Origin: Callorhinchus milii | Taxonomy: Eukaryota | Assembly (NCBI RefSeq): GCF_018977255.1 | Contig: NW_024704743.1 | Location: 5,830,001 to 5,894,000, forward strand | DNA: 64,000 nucleotides | Reading direction: 5' to 3' | Made by a program: the position numbers and the translations under genes | The notes under the pieces: model-generated | Databases searched by the model: none | The model's input: the letters and a program-made list of their open reading frames with translations, nothing else | Told to the model about the DNA's origin: nothing | Shown: piece after piece, positions 11,909 through 24,655 of the stretch | Layout of the letters: every line of letters begins with the position of its first letter | Numbering within the stretch: position 1 is the first letter of the stretch

Positions 11909-13549
11909 GTAGGCCATAAAATTAGTCCTTGCATTTAATATGATGCTTTATCACGTCAGGCGAATGTCTCATAGAGCTTCAAAGAATATACTGTAAACTG
12001 CAGTCAAAGTATATTTTGTAGGCAAACATGGCAGCCAGTTTGTGCACAACAAAAGAGGAAGCAGGGAAAAGGGTGCAGATTTCCTCAAGTGATGAAATTT
12101 CCTCGAGTCAGATTTAAAAGGGCTTTGGAGGGGACATGCCACATTTAGTGAGAACCAGAAAAGCAGAGGCTGATCTCTGCCTTACAATAATAACTTGCAT
12201 TTTGGATTTCTGGTAAAAAAAACACCTCAAAGCACTTTATAAAATCTAACTGATTATAGATGAATGATTGTAGTCAAATGCAGCAGTTAATCTGCATCAG
12301 CAATATCCCATAAACGACAAAATTGATGAGCGGCCAATTAAATTGAATTTGGAGGTAAATTTGGATGAGGCGGGGAATTTAAAGGAAGATGTCACTTTTC
12401 TTTGAAATAGCGTCCGACTGAATCACTGTAAGGCGTTGTAAAGATATACGCAGGTGTTTTGATTACTGACCAAACTCTATCCTGCCTCCGACCGCTCCCA
12501 AGGCCTGATTTTTGCTCTCAAGATCCAGAATTGGAAAGTAAGAGACAAATCTGCTTCTCTTTGTGTTTCGTTGGAGTATTGATTCTGGCCTCCGGGGACT
12601 GAAGTAAGCTATAGCGCCGTACTTATCCTTAAAGCTGAAATGTTATCCCAGACATAATGGAACTTTGTCACAAGCTGCAGATACACTGTAAATAATACTA
12701 TACTACTAATAATATTCCTTGGTTTAATAAAGCACCTTATCAAGTTGAGACATCTCAAAACTCTTCACAGAATGTACTGTAAAGTGAACTGACTGTATTT
12801 TGCGGACTGTTTTCGGCCTGAGGTGAGCAATTGAACGGAGTAGGTTACACGACGTATCATCCATCACATTGCTGGTTTAAGCCAATCTATTAAGGTTAGA
12901 AACAACATGTTGTTAAAATTAATGTTCATCCCCACCAAAGAACGGTACAGCTAAGAGAGGGGAGGAGTCAGATCAGCTCCTGGCAATGAATTGCTGAATT
13001 GGCTCCAAATGCATCCACTTAGAAACCAGAATAGGCAGAGAGGACATGCGTTTCTTTGAGGGAACTGTTAGTTCTGCAGTGTGTGCTGGCTCCTTCCTTG
13101 AAACACACTTTGCTTGGCTATCTCTGCAGAAGTTGTGGTATTTCTCAACCAAAATGCATGTTAAGAATAGTGTTGGAAATTAACCAACTGAAACCAACTA
13201 AAACTGCACAGTTGACCAGTATAAGGCACTGGGTAATCAGCAGTAATAAGTAGGATGGCTTCCATTCTCTGGTGACATTTTAGCCCAAGTGATGAGCAAG
13301 ATGGACTGATTCATCATCAAAGCTTTGGAGTCCTGAAACCCTGCCTGGCTCAAGTGTTGGATCACTCAGACATCCACGGAGGTTGGTTCAGATCCACTTT
13401 CCTTTCTCCAAGTGTATTACCTTAGAGCCATTTTGATTCCAGAGAGACTTACTTTCCCCTCTCTTCCTCACAGAAAATCACAAGTCAGTCATACAGAAGC
13501 ACACCTGCCAATGCTATAGGGTTTTCACATAGACTATGTTTTTTAGGAT

Positions 13550-14045
13550 TTTTTTTGTCAGTCGGATGTCTGAAACATGTGGAAACACATGCTTAAGAGT
13601 ATCCAAACCAAACTGAGAAACCACTATACATGGAAATTCCAGAGATATTCATTGGAATGGAATGCACACTCTCTACCTGGAGGGATGTTAATAATAATAA
13701 GGATACTTACCTTATTCCAGAGAGTAATAGGCATAGTTTAGCAAGAGGCAAGGCTTGGGGACCCCAGGGAGTGTATTGGGGTACTGCTGGAGTCTAACCA
13801 GCTAAAACCGTATAGTTTGTCATTGTGAGCGCTGTCTGGCAAGCTTTCCCACTGCTTGTCCAGCGAGGACCGTCCTACCCATCGAGGTTTTGGCTTGCAG
13901 GTTTAACAGGAGCTGAGTGGAAAGAGTCCTTGTCCCTAGTGACTGGTCTGATCTTCCAAGTCCTGCCGCTGAGGTAGGCTGGGCTGTGCTGTCTTTAGCT
14001 GTGCCCTGGAATACTGTGGACCTGCCCAGCTCGGGAACTGGATTA
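13550..14045 (-). repeat. Unclassified ~500-bp dispersed repeat (family X); strand assigned from the A-rich end
   Basis: Homologous segments near 3118-3610, 8985-9480, 25550-25830, 45880-46160, 47960-48220, 54280-54790, 55310-55440 (shared ttttagctggttaaac, gggtccccaagcct, ggaaatttccatg). Confidence 0.8.
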
Positions 14046-15811
14046 CTCAGGTATTTTATAGATCGTGTTAGGTTTTAAAAATGTGGCTCTGTTGATGCTT
14101 GCGGTTAAATCAAACTGTGTCAAGCTGTAGCCGTCACGTGGGTTGGTGGGAGTTTGAAAACACAGGTGGACTTTTTAACATGCAAACGCTGAAATAAGAA
14201 TGAGTTTGTTAAACTACAGTATACATAACGTTACACAGTAAACCCTCTGCTTAGTAGACTCTGGGATTTTAATGGATTTTTTAAAATTCCACCCACGCAG
14301 TGCAGACTCCCACTTGCCACTCTATTACCACAGTGGCTTGGGATATCAACTTTGATTTGTTTATGAATCCCATGAGCAGAAGATAGCTTATTCGCTGGAT
14401 TGAAACAAATACATTTACCAGGATATTGCGGCACTAAAAATACATTGTAATTACACTTGGTCGTAAATTCCGGATCACTCGACCGGATCTCTCCCTCATT
14501 GGTGCAGCTAGCCAAGGTTTCAGTGTAGTTATAATCGTATAGTTTTCGGGTACATTTCAACAAAGAATTCTACCATATTTGTAATTTAGTTACTATAAAG
14601 TTTTTAGTCACAAAAATTGCTTGAAATATATGTCACAGAAACTCTACTTTTGACTTCTGAGAGTTTTTTGGGGGAGCGGTCACCAATGTGGAGAATAACA
14701 TTTATGCTGCTACAAGTCTACTATTTGTTAACAAAAAGCTGTTAACAGCTTTGTTTTTGCTGAATATGTACCATTTATTTCTTCCGCAAGTTTGGCTGAT
14801 ATGGAGAAGAAATCACTCGTTGTTGGCTTTTGCTCATTGATCTTGAGTCCAGTTTGTTGAGATTGATTGAATACCTTGTAACGGTTTTAGGGAAACTTGT
14901 GCATAATTATTAAGGAGAACAGTAATTCTCTTATTTATTTAAATGTATACATTCACTGCAATTGGTCAGTGTGCACTGACTAGATGGAGGTTTGTGATTA
15001 ATAATAGCAGTGGTAGGAAACCAAAGTTAGTTCTGGTGGCAAGTGTGAGATGTAGTGGTATTGAGTTTAGACTTGCTTTTGTTTTATTTTGTTTCACTTA
15101 TTTCTTGACAAACCTGTGGTCTCAATTTTATTTACTGCCTGTGGCCAATAGAGATGACCAAAGGATTCTGATAAACTCAGCTACATTGTTAAATCAAAAC
15201 ATTTGTGGCTACTACTGTGTGTGTGTGTATATATATTCACCTACAGAATACACAGTCACTTTAGTTTACATGTGAAGTGTTTCAGACATCTTCTCGACAT
15301 AAGGGTTTTCTCCAGAGTTATCCGAGCCAACAGCCCCCCCCCCACCCCCCAAATAAAATTGGTCATTCATTCCATGGCTGTTTGTGAGATGATGCTGTGT
15401 GCGAGCTGGCGGCTGCATTTCACCCACACAATACAATCACTCCACTTTACAATATATTCTGTGAAGCACTTTGAGACGTCTCGATGACGTGGTCATCGAA
15501 TCAAATGCTAGGATTATTATGAAGCGCTCTGAGACACTACCCTGTGTGCAGGATGCTATATAAATGCAAGTTGTTGATATAGCTACAATAACCGACTGCA
15601 TATAATTGTTTACAGACAGACACTATGAAGGTTTACTGACTACCCAGGCACACAAAATATATTGTGTCTATTTGTTTTAAAATACATCTCATGTTATTTT
15701 ATCATTATAGCTACTAATTACCTTGATCTGTCAAGGTATCCAAATTAAAGGAATCATATCAAGCTGATCAATTGAGCTTGCACCAGAAAACAAAATGTGC
15801 TCCATTAGACT

Positions 15812-16835
15812 TTCAACTGCCTCGTGCGGTGTTCCTCAGGGCTCTGTCCTCGGTCCTCTCCTCTTCAACCTGTACATGCTCTTTCTTGCTGACATCATCC
15901 GCAGACATGGGGTCAACTTCCACATGTACACGGATGACACCCAACTCTACCTCTCTGCCTCCACCCTTGACTCCAAGATACTGATGTCCTGACAGAATGT
16001 CTGCCAAACATCGTCCTGAATGAGAGCTAACTTTCTACAGCTGAATGTCAGCAAGACTGAGACTCTCCTGATTGGCTCCCATCAGTGCCTCCGCACCTCA
16101 AGCACTGATAGCATCACCATCCACGGATGCACACTCCAATTACCGAGCCAGTCAGGAACCTAGGCGTCTTGTTCGACCCTCAACTGTCCTTTCTCCCCCA
16201 CATCAGTGCGATGACTCGCTTTGCCTTCCCCCACCTCTGCAACATTGCCCGACTCCACCACTGCTTAATCCTCAGGCCGCCGAAACTCTCATCCACGCCT
16301 TCATTACATCCAAGCTCGACTATGCCAACTCCCTGCCTCTCAGCCTTCCCAACTCTTCCCTACACAAGTTGCAAATTATCCAGAACTCTGCAGCTCATGT
16401 TCTCTCCCGCACCAGGCTCTGTGACCCTATCCCTAGCCGGACTCCACTGGCTCCCCATCCCTCAGAGGATCGAATTCAAAGTTCTCATCCTCACCTTCAA
16501 GGCCCTCCATGGCCTTGCCCTCTCCTATCTCTCCAACCTGCTAATCCCTTTCAACCTGTCCGCTCCCTCTGCTCAGCAGGCTCTGGCCTACTCCATGTCC
16601 CCCACCCTCTGGTATTCCATTCCACATTCCCTTTGCCTCGCTCTCTCCCTTGCCTCCTTCAAGACACGTCTCAAGACCCTCCTCTTCGACATGCCTTCGG
16701 CCAACCTCTTACCCTCTTTGCCTTCCATCCTCCCTGATCCCAACACCCCTGCCCTCCCCCGCTCAGCTCCTAATCCCTGACTGTTCAGTGCCTTGGGACG
16801 TCCCGATGTGAAAGGCACTTTTCAAATGTAATTTT
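15812..16835 (+). mobile_element. L2 LINE, 5'-truncated ~1 kb, frameshifted
   Basis: [61 protein letters not shown]2 tail ttgggacgtcccgatgtgaaaggcac. Confidence 0.92.
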
Positions 16836-17457
16836 GTAATGTATTAATTAGCAAAGCTGCAAAGGAGGAATATTAGGAGCAAGTCTTTTTTTTAACACAG
16901 AAAGTTTTTAGGAATGGAATACCCTGTTTTGTGGGGCGGTCAAAGCAGAACCAATATTAACTTCAAAGAAGAACTAGATAGATATGTAAAATGATTCATT
17001 TGTGTTAAATGGGACTGAATGGATTTCTCTTTCAAAGACACAGTACAGACCTGAATGGCTTTTTTTCTGTGCTGTAACTTACTATGGGTAATTTACTCTT
17101 ATTTAAGTAAGGTTTGTTCTCATATCTTTTAAAAACTATTTCCACTAGATTAGATTGACTACCTTGTTCTGTTTTTCTGATCTACTCTTAAGTATTATTC
17201 ACAGTTTATACTTCCTGTACTTTGAGTTCAAGATCCTCATTTTAACATTCATACCCCTCCAGAGCCTCACCCCACCCGACCTCTGTAACCTCCTACAACC
17301 TCAGCGATCCGGCTGTTCCTAACCAGTTTATCTCTAGAACCTAGAGATATTCTAGTCTTTTGTCAAACTATAACTTGTCCCTAATTTTAACATTGCTCCT
17401 GCATCGCCTTAACTCATTTCCCAGCTGGACAGCGTTAGACACACAAAGCCATGAAGC

Positions 17458-17590
17458 TTTGAGTTCTGACGAAGGGTCATAGACCCGAAACGTTGACTCA
17501 CTTTCCTTTCTCCGTAGATGCTGCCTGACCTGTTTCCAGCAACTTCTGTTTTTGTTTCTGTTTTTGTTCCAGCATCTGCAGCATTTTGCA
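17458..17590 (+). mobile_element. Penelope-like element terminal-repeat remnant
   Basis: Hammerhead followed by ctcc(g/a)tagatgctgcctgacctg...ccagcaacttctg, shared with 57522-57628. Confidence 0.6.
17461..17499 (+). ncRNA. Minimal type I hammerhead ribozyme motif (Penelope-like element type)
   Basis: GAGTT-CTGACGA-A-GGGTC-ATA-GACCC-GAAAC-GTT-GACTC: intact core, 5-bp helix I, 5-bp helix II, palindromic AACGTT helix III. Confidence 0.75.
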
Positions 17591-18015
17591 GCAAGAATTA
17601 TTATTGCTATTATTATCATCTTGTGAGTTCCCCTAGGCTGGAACCGAAAGTATTGTAAGGAAGCTTTTGAAGTTGACGATCCTATCAAAATAGATTTTTT
17701 TAAAAAAAGCAAGAATTCTGAGGCCCCAAATCTCTCGTGTTCATAGCGTTAAGATTGTTCATTAAGCTGTTAAGATTATGCGCCACTCCTCATCTGGTTA
17801 CCTAAAAGTTTCATTGCTTCTCAACAAACAAGATAAAAAATCAACAAACAAACACAGCTGTGACTTAAAAAGACACGGCACAGAAGTCAAATATTAGCTC
17901 TCAAGACAGCTGTTAAAATATCTTTGTATATATTGTATAATAATAATAATCCTTGCATTAGATATAGTCTTCGAGACGCCTTAAAACAGTTCACATGATA
18001 TACTGTAAATAAATC

Positions 18016-18060
18016 TATATATATATGTGTGTATATTTATTATATATATATATATATATA
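18016..18060. repeat. (TA)n-rich microsatellite
   Basis: Direct reading. Confidence 0.9.
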
Positions 18061-18440
18061 GCATTCTCGCCTCTGAGTCAGAAGGCTGTGGGTTCAAGCC
18101 CCATGTTCAGACTTTGATCTCATTATCTTCTCGGCTGACACCCCAGTGCAGTGGTGGGAAATTGTTGTATCATTGAAGGCACTGTTTTTCAGATGAGAAG
18201 TTAAAGTCGAGGACCAGGGTGGACGTTAAAGATCCCATAACACTTCGAAAAGGGAAGGGAGTTTCTCCCAGTGTGGTGGCCAAATAAAATTAATCATTCA
18301 CTTCATGGTTGTTTGTGCAAACATTATTCTGTCACGTTTGCCTAGAAAAAACACTTTATATGAGGAAAAAACACAGACAATAAATCCTGTGAAGCACTTT
18401 GAGATGATAAGGTGCTAAATGAAATGCAATGTAATTATTA
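18061..18440 (+). mobile_element. Deu-domain SINE (other copies near 4800-5020, 29045-29425, 35805-36055, 43475-43830, 50510-50875, 53840-54120, 60640-61140, 63540-64000)
   Basis: ctcgcctctgagtcagaaggctgtgggttcaag head; ggtggacgttaaagatccca core. Confidence 0.82.
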
Positions 18441-19262
18441 TTACATCTCTTTTGTTAAGCGCTTTGAGACATCTAGAAGACTTGAAAGGCGCTATATCAA
18501 ATGCAAGGATTATCATTACTATCTATCTTAATTTCATACATTTTTTTTTGGAAGACCTGAATCTACAGTACTCCCTGAAAATTTCAGAAGCCACAATCCC
18601 TATCAATCGCATTCCGAGTTTCTGCACTCCTATGTCCTTACTATGTGATAGTTTTCCTCATATTAAGTATAATTGATTTCTTTTTATTTTTTTGTCGGTC
18701 TTTGCTTTCCTTAGTTTCCTTTTCATCTGACGTCAGGTGCAGCGTTTAAAGATAACAGAGGGCAAACACTTTTGCATGCCAATATCCATAAGATCCCACA
18801 AGATCACAAGATGGTTTGGGTGAAGAAGGCCCTTTGGCCCATCCAATTTCATCCCTCCAGAACACCCATCTATCCACGCCCATCAGAGCATCAAGCTGTT
18901 TCTTAAATTAATTCATTGTCCCGGTCTCTACCACCATTCCTGGCAAGCAGCTAGGAAGAGCACAGTCCGAGACCTGCAAGGAGGTGGAACATCCCATGAT
19001 TTTATTTATGTCTATTAGCAAAAGATGGGATTGTCTGAGGCCAAGAAAGGCTCATGTTATGCATCAATCTATAGCAATGCTCGAGGCAGTGCTGCTTGAA
19101 TTTTTACGGAAGATTCCTTCTCCTTGCCCTGGCTTGTTGTGCTGCAAAATGTGCTGGAAAAATAACACAGTCGCTTCAATTGGAATTGCGCAATCATGTT
19201 TTGCAAGATTTGGAAGAGGGTTGAGAGTCATTACCTCACTTTCTTTCCAATTTTATTTACAG

Positions 19263-19331
19263 GACTGGGATCTTCTCACCGCTTCTGCTGGCACTTTCTG
19301 GGTAGATAAGGCACTGGGCTGAACTTTCAAG
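19263..19331 (+). other. APBB1IP: Probable non-coding 5'UTR exon of APBB1IP
   Basis: Pyrimidine-rich tract ending ttttatttacag|, consensus donor AAG|gtgagt, non-repetitive, no ATG, in-frame TGA; the ATG exon starts right after an acceptor so an upstream exon must exist. Confidence 0.6.
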
Positions 19332-21164
19332 GTGAGTGCTCCGTCCATTTGTTTTACTTGCTTGAGATTTTCAGCCTAGTTGGATAATCTTAAGAGCTGA
19401 ATGACAACTTGTAGAATCACGGGGATTTCAACAAATTCAGCCTTACCTTGCCTGTACCATGCTGGCTTGGCCCACTGTAGCTATAAACTCTAATTCTGCA
19501 TCGCTGATCTTTTCTCTTAGAGTTTTGTAGCATCAGTCTTTAAGTGTTTATCAGAGTCCCTTTTAAATGTTACAATTGACTGAGATTCTACTTGTGGTGG
19601 CACTACTTGGCCCTCAATAACCCCCATATTGCTTCATGTCCCCAACCCCTCACCCCACCCAATCAGCCGTGGACGAGCTTTCGTCCATGCTGCCCTCGCT
19701 TTCTGGAACTTCATCACAGAATCCCTCCACCTCATCCTCTCCTTCCCCACCTTTAAAGCCCCTCCCCCCCCACCCTCCTACTTATGATCTTTTTGTTTCA
19801 ACCGTGCTTTTTGTTCACGTGGCTCCCCCTCCCTCCTCTGCCAACCATTCCCCCCCACCCCACTCCCACCCCACTTCCTCAGCTCCCACCACCTTCCTTG
19901 GTTCCTCCTCAGGCTCTCGGTTGGCACTGTGAAGTGCTTGAGATAGCCTTCTGGCGTGAAAGGCACGAGATAAAATTAAAATTGTCGTTGTTGTTCTATT
20001 CTCTTCTTTATTGTTCTCGTAATAGTTCTGTTTCCTCATGGGCACAGCGTGGGCACTATCTGGGTTCCGGTTTCCCAGTCAGGGAGGATTGATAGCTATT
20101 AAGATTGAAAGCCTTTCCTGGATCCCAGATTTCAGGAGCATAAACTTCTCCATAAAGGAACTGGGATCATTGTCTTCGCAAAACTCAGAGTATTGTGGAA
20201 TATGTGATAACGCGCTAAACGGAAGGATTATTATTATTATTTTTATAGCTTCTCACTATACTTGGAGAATGCAGGACAGGAGGATGATAACTTTCATTTC
20301 AAAGCTCTGTGTTGATGGTAGGGGAGTGTTGCATTCTTTACATAACGGGTGAAGGGATGTGAGAATGGGAAATAGACCACATCAAAAAGCCATGGATACA
20401 GAGTTAATAAGATATTTGAGAGAGAGATCAATACTTGGTAAGTAAGCATCTTGCAGAATAAGGCGAAAAAGTGGAGGAATTGAATTAAAGGCTTACTATA
20501 GATTTTATGGTGGAGCAGGCTGACATCCGAATGGTCTACTTCTAAATACAATGTACCTGGTTCTTGGTGAGTTCATATCTGGATTACTGGCTGTAGTTTC
20601 AGTCTCAACCTTACATTTATGTATAGGGCATTTCATGTTTGACAACTTGCCATGGTGGGTGAAAGGTGAAGAGAGTGAAGAGGGCATGTGGCCCTTTGGA
20701 TTGATAAATTCGGTTGTTAGAAAGAGTGGAGCAAAGAGCTACTAGATTAATTCCAGAATTTAGGTGATAAGTACTGTTAGACGTCATTTTACATAAAAGA
20801 TCTATATAAATGCAAGTGGCCACCATAGGACTTTCTGCTCTTGAAAGGAGAATTGCCTGAGAGGTTTAAATTATGAAGGTAAGTTTTTTGGACTTGTAGA
20901 AAATTCTAAAAACCAAAGGTCCCACTTACAGAATAAGGTTAACAAAAGCAAATAGGAAGTGCAGGAAAATATGTTTTCCTATGAAAAGGTAATGAGCAAA
21001 TTAGGAATTGGCACAGATTGTGGAAGAAGGAACTATAAGGGGTTTGAAAAAGGAACCAGGCAGGTTCCAGGAAATTAAAAGGATTCAGGGTTGTTAGATC
21101 TTGAAATAGACTTTTCAAAGGAATCCTTTCAGTTCTTTGAAAATTATTTCAGAATGTCAAAACG

Positions 21165-21990
21165 TTAGGCAAATTTCCTTAATCCACACGCCACTGTTTA
21201 CCTCGCAGTAAGTGGGAATCTGGTTGTTAGTCAATTGGCTGTTCGCTTTTCTGGGGGTAATACTCCCTTCAAAATAAATAAATAAAATAACAATAATTTG
21301 GTCACTCATTCCATTAGTGGGACACTGTTTGCGGCACATTGCTGTGCACAATTGGCTGCTGCGTTTCGCCCACAAAATATACAGTCAATTCGATTTACAG
21401 TATATTCTGTGAAGCACTTTGAGAAGTCTCGAAGACATGATGAGGCGCTATATCAAAATAGAAGGATTATTATTTTATCTCAAAATGTGTTAAGTCGCAA
21501 TATCAAATGCAAGGATTGTTATTTTCAATACTCATTCTTTGAACTTTAGACTCAACTCAATTCAGAGGATCTGTCTGAACTACATATGGGTCTGATTACA
21601 GGAGAATGTATTAAGCTAGTTTTGTTCACACTTTGAACCACCCTCTGAGCGTAACCCCAGGCAATCAGCTGAAAGCCCCCAAGATTTTTGCATATAAAGC
21701 AACCGTTAAATTTAATCATTCTTTATTGTTAAACTAAATTAGGCAAATAAGGTGCTCGACTGCATTAATAACAATAATAATAATAACAATAATAATAATA
21801 TTTGCAATTGATATAGTGCTTTATCACGTCTTCGAGATGCCTCAAAGAGTTTCACAGAATATACTGTAAAGTGAATTGACTGTATATTTTGTGGGCGAAA
21901 CGTGGCAGACAATTGCGAACAGCAGTATCCCACAACAGTTGTGGATTGAGTGACCAAATTATTTTTATTTTATTTATTTATTTTTTGAAG
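21165..21990. mobile_element. Inverted pair of truncated tRNA-Ala-like SINEs: 21165-21525 (+), 21765-21990 (-)
   Basis: Body and tail homology to family. Confidence 0.85.
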
Positions 21991-22945
21991 GGAATCTTTT
22001 GAAGAAGCTAATTGACGTTTTCCAGATTCCGAGGGGGATCAACACAGCTGACCGTAACTTTTCGTTCACTATGGGAATGGATTCAAATCTGAACTCAAGA
22101 ATTAAACAGAATGTTACAGGACAGAACAAGCCATTTGGCCTAACTAGTCTGTGCTGGTGTTTATATTCACATCAATCTGCACCTTTCCCAATCACCATCT
22201 CCATACTGCTATGTTCCTTTATCCCTCATGTAAATGGTGGCAACAACAACAACTTGCATTTATATAGCACCTTGCCGGAGAGCATTTAACAGTGGTAAAG
22301 CTTGATACCAAGCTGGGGGAAGGGAGGAGGTGAATGTAGGCACAGCGAAAGAGGAAGCTCTTCATATTCAATCTGAAGATGGGCAAGGAGGGGACAAAGT
22401 GGAGGGATTGACAGCGCAGAGCAGGTGGGGGGGGAGACACACAAGCCCAAAATTGCTAAGCAAAGGGCAAGCGGAGAAGTAGGATCGGAGAAGGTGGGAG
22501 CAATAAGGAAATGTCAGAGAGTGGATAGATTTTTAGGTGAGGGGAGGACCTTAAAATTGATCTGCTGCAAGATGGGGAGACAGTGAATCCTGGTGGAGGG
22601 CTTGGGGTGATGGGTGTGTGGAGTTTGGTGTAAAAGTTGTTTGGTGCAAACATCAAAGCATTTGTTGGGTCAAATGGCCTTTTCCTTTTGCTAGAAATTC
22701 TTACATGCTGACTCCTTCGTGTCATTGATTTTTTTCACCTGTTTTAGAACCAGTTATATCAAAAAAAACATTATTCTCCAATCATTATATCCACAACCTG
22801 CAAAAGTGCTGAAACAGCAATATTTATTATTTGTTGTAAGAAACGAACTACAGTCTAAGGCACTGTTATAAACTGCTCCTAAAAGTCTTGTATAATTTCT
22901 TGTCTTGTTACAAAGCTCTTGATTGACCCCTTTATACCTTTACAG

Positions 22946-23029
22946 ATGGAGTCCGGAGGGGGAAATCCCACCGATGACATAGATGCCATGTTCAGTGATC
23001 TCTTAGGGGAGATGGACTTGCTGACACAG
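22946..23029 (+). CDS. APBB1IP: APBB1IP/RIAM coding exon 1 (MESGGGNPTDDIDAMFSDLLGEMDLLTQ; talin-binding site 1)
   Basis: tacag|ATG acceptor, CAG|gttagt donor; translation matches RIAM N-terminus (human IDQMFSTLLGEMDLLTQ). Confidence 0.95.
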
Positions 23030-23529
23030 GTTAGTTATATTTTGAAACAATTTCTACCTAAATCGGGTGTGGAAAATTCATTAGAACTTGTGTAAGAACG
23101 GTGTAAGAAATCCAAAACAGATTGGAAAGGCAGAGAGACTGTAATAACTGGGGGAGAGAAAGAAAAGGTTTTAGATCAAATGTTTTAGTGGTTGTTTGAA
23201 GATGGATTCACACAATCCGCACTGATTGGTTTGCTTAAAGGGTCAGAACCTCTATCAAAATATGGCTGGTGATTTTTGATTTGGGGATGGATCTTTTCGA
23301 CCACCGCAACAACAAATTGGATTTGTCGAGCACAATAACATCACCCGAGGCTATGTTTTTTGGCTTGTCAGTAAATTTACAGAAATTGTTGGCGAGCAGT
23401 GCCTATAAAAAGTATTGTAAGCGTACAGATGTACTGACAAGTGGAAAATTCTCCCACTTTCTATTTTTTGCAATACATACATACAGACTGGGAAGGTCAC
23501 ATGTTTAATATCTGATCTCAGCCACAGCA

Positions 23530-23912
23530 GCAAAAGGGACACTAGAAGTGGTCTTACCCCATACTGGCCTGTCCGCTCCCTCCTTTCAGGGGACTCTGGT
23601 CTGCTCCAAGTTCCCCACCCTGCCCACCCCACCATCAGCGGGTGGGCCTTCAGCATATCTGCCCTCCACCCTTTGGAACTCCATCCCACAGATCCATAGG
23701 GTTCACCTCGCTCCCTCCCATTCTTTCTTCAAGACCCATCTCAAGACCTTCCTCTTTGACCGCGCCTTCAGTCACCCTCCTACCCCTACTATCCTTGCCC
23801 TCCACCCCTCCTGATCCCAAACCCCTGCTCGGGTGCACATCCTTGACTGTCCAGCGCTTTGGGACATCGTCTCGACATGAAAGACGCTATGCATACGTAA
23901 TTTGTTTTTGTT
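23530..23912 (+). mobile_element. L2 3'UTR fragment (similar near 19640-19995, 22240-22640, 26370-26760, 29655-29815, 33670-33882, 39655-40060, 42860-43400, 61590-62040)
   Basis: LWNSIP..FKTHLKTFLFDRAF and L2 tail gcgctttgggacatcgtctcgacatgaaagacgcta. Confidence 0.8.
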
Positions 23913-24212
23913 ATAGTGCTCCGTGTAAAGGAGAAGAAAACTCAGCCAGGTTTCCTGCTCCTAATCAATATCCAGCAATCACTGCTGGAGGCAGTATGTG
24001 TCAACCCTGGTTGAGGATAGGATCAAACACATGCCCCTCAGAGTTGAATAGGCTACTAGACTCACTCCCAAGCCTCACAATTTACTCAATGCTTGGGTAC
24101 AGTACTGCAGGACACCCAGTGCTTGGCTGTTTTTTTGCCCACCAACCTCCCCACCCGACCCCCAACCATCACACAAAAGGTCACTTCTAATTGTCCCTCT
24201 TGCTACCCGATC

Positions 24213-24655
24213 TGTCAGCCTGGCTCATTTGATGGTACTATCACCTCTGAGCCAGAAGGTCGTGAGCTCAAGCCCCATATCGTAACTTTGAACTCACAGT
24301 CTTGGTTAACACTACAGTGCAGTGCTGGAGCGAGCTCTGCATTGTTGAGCATAAGGTCTTTCAGATGAGATATTAAACTGAGGACCATTCCGCCTCTTCA
24401 GGTAGATGTTAAACATGCCATGGCTCTACTCGAAAAGAGAAGGCAATTTCTCCCAGTGATTTGGGCCACCAATCTCGCAAATAAAATTGGTCACTCAACT
24501 TCATGGCTGTTTGTGGAATGTTGCTGTGTGAAAATTGGCTGCTACATTTGTCTACAAAACACACAGTAACTATACGTTATAGTATATCCTGTGAAGCACT
24601 TTGAGATGTCTTCCCGAAGTGAAAGGTCCTTTATCAAATGTAAGGATGATCTTAT
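24213..24655 (+). mobile_element. Deu-domain SINE (SacSINE1/AmnSINE1-superfamily-like), near full length
   Basis: tRNA head, ttcagatgagatattaaactgagg..caggtagatgttaaacatgccatgg Deu core, L2-like tail. Confidence 0.85.

Noticed and set aside
14236..14527. Possible Tigger/TcMar MITE (cagtaaaccctc...ggtttcagtg)
   Set aside because: Termini too degenerate and TA TSD not clean
16072..16780. Longest ORFs in the window (221 and 217 aa)
   Set aside because: Overlapping frames of a frameshifted L2 ORF2 remnant
23642..24190. 182-aa ORF in the first coding intron
   Set aside because: Spans L2 3'UTR and other repeat fragments; no splice or homology support
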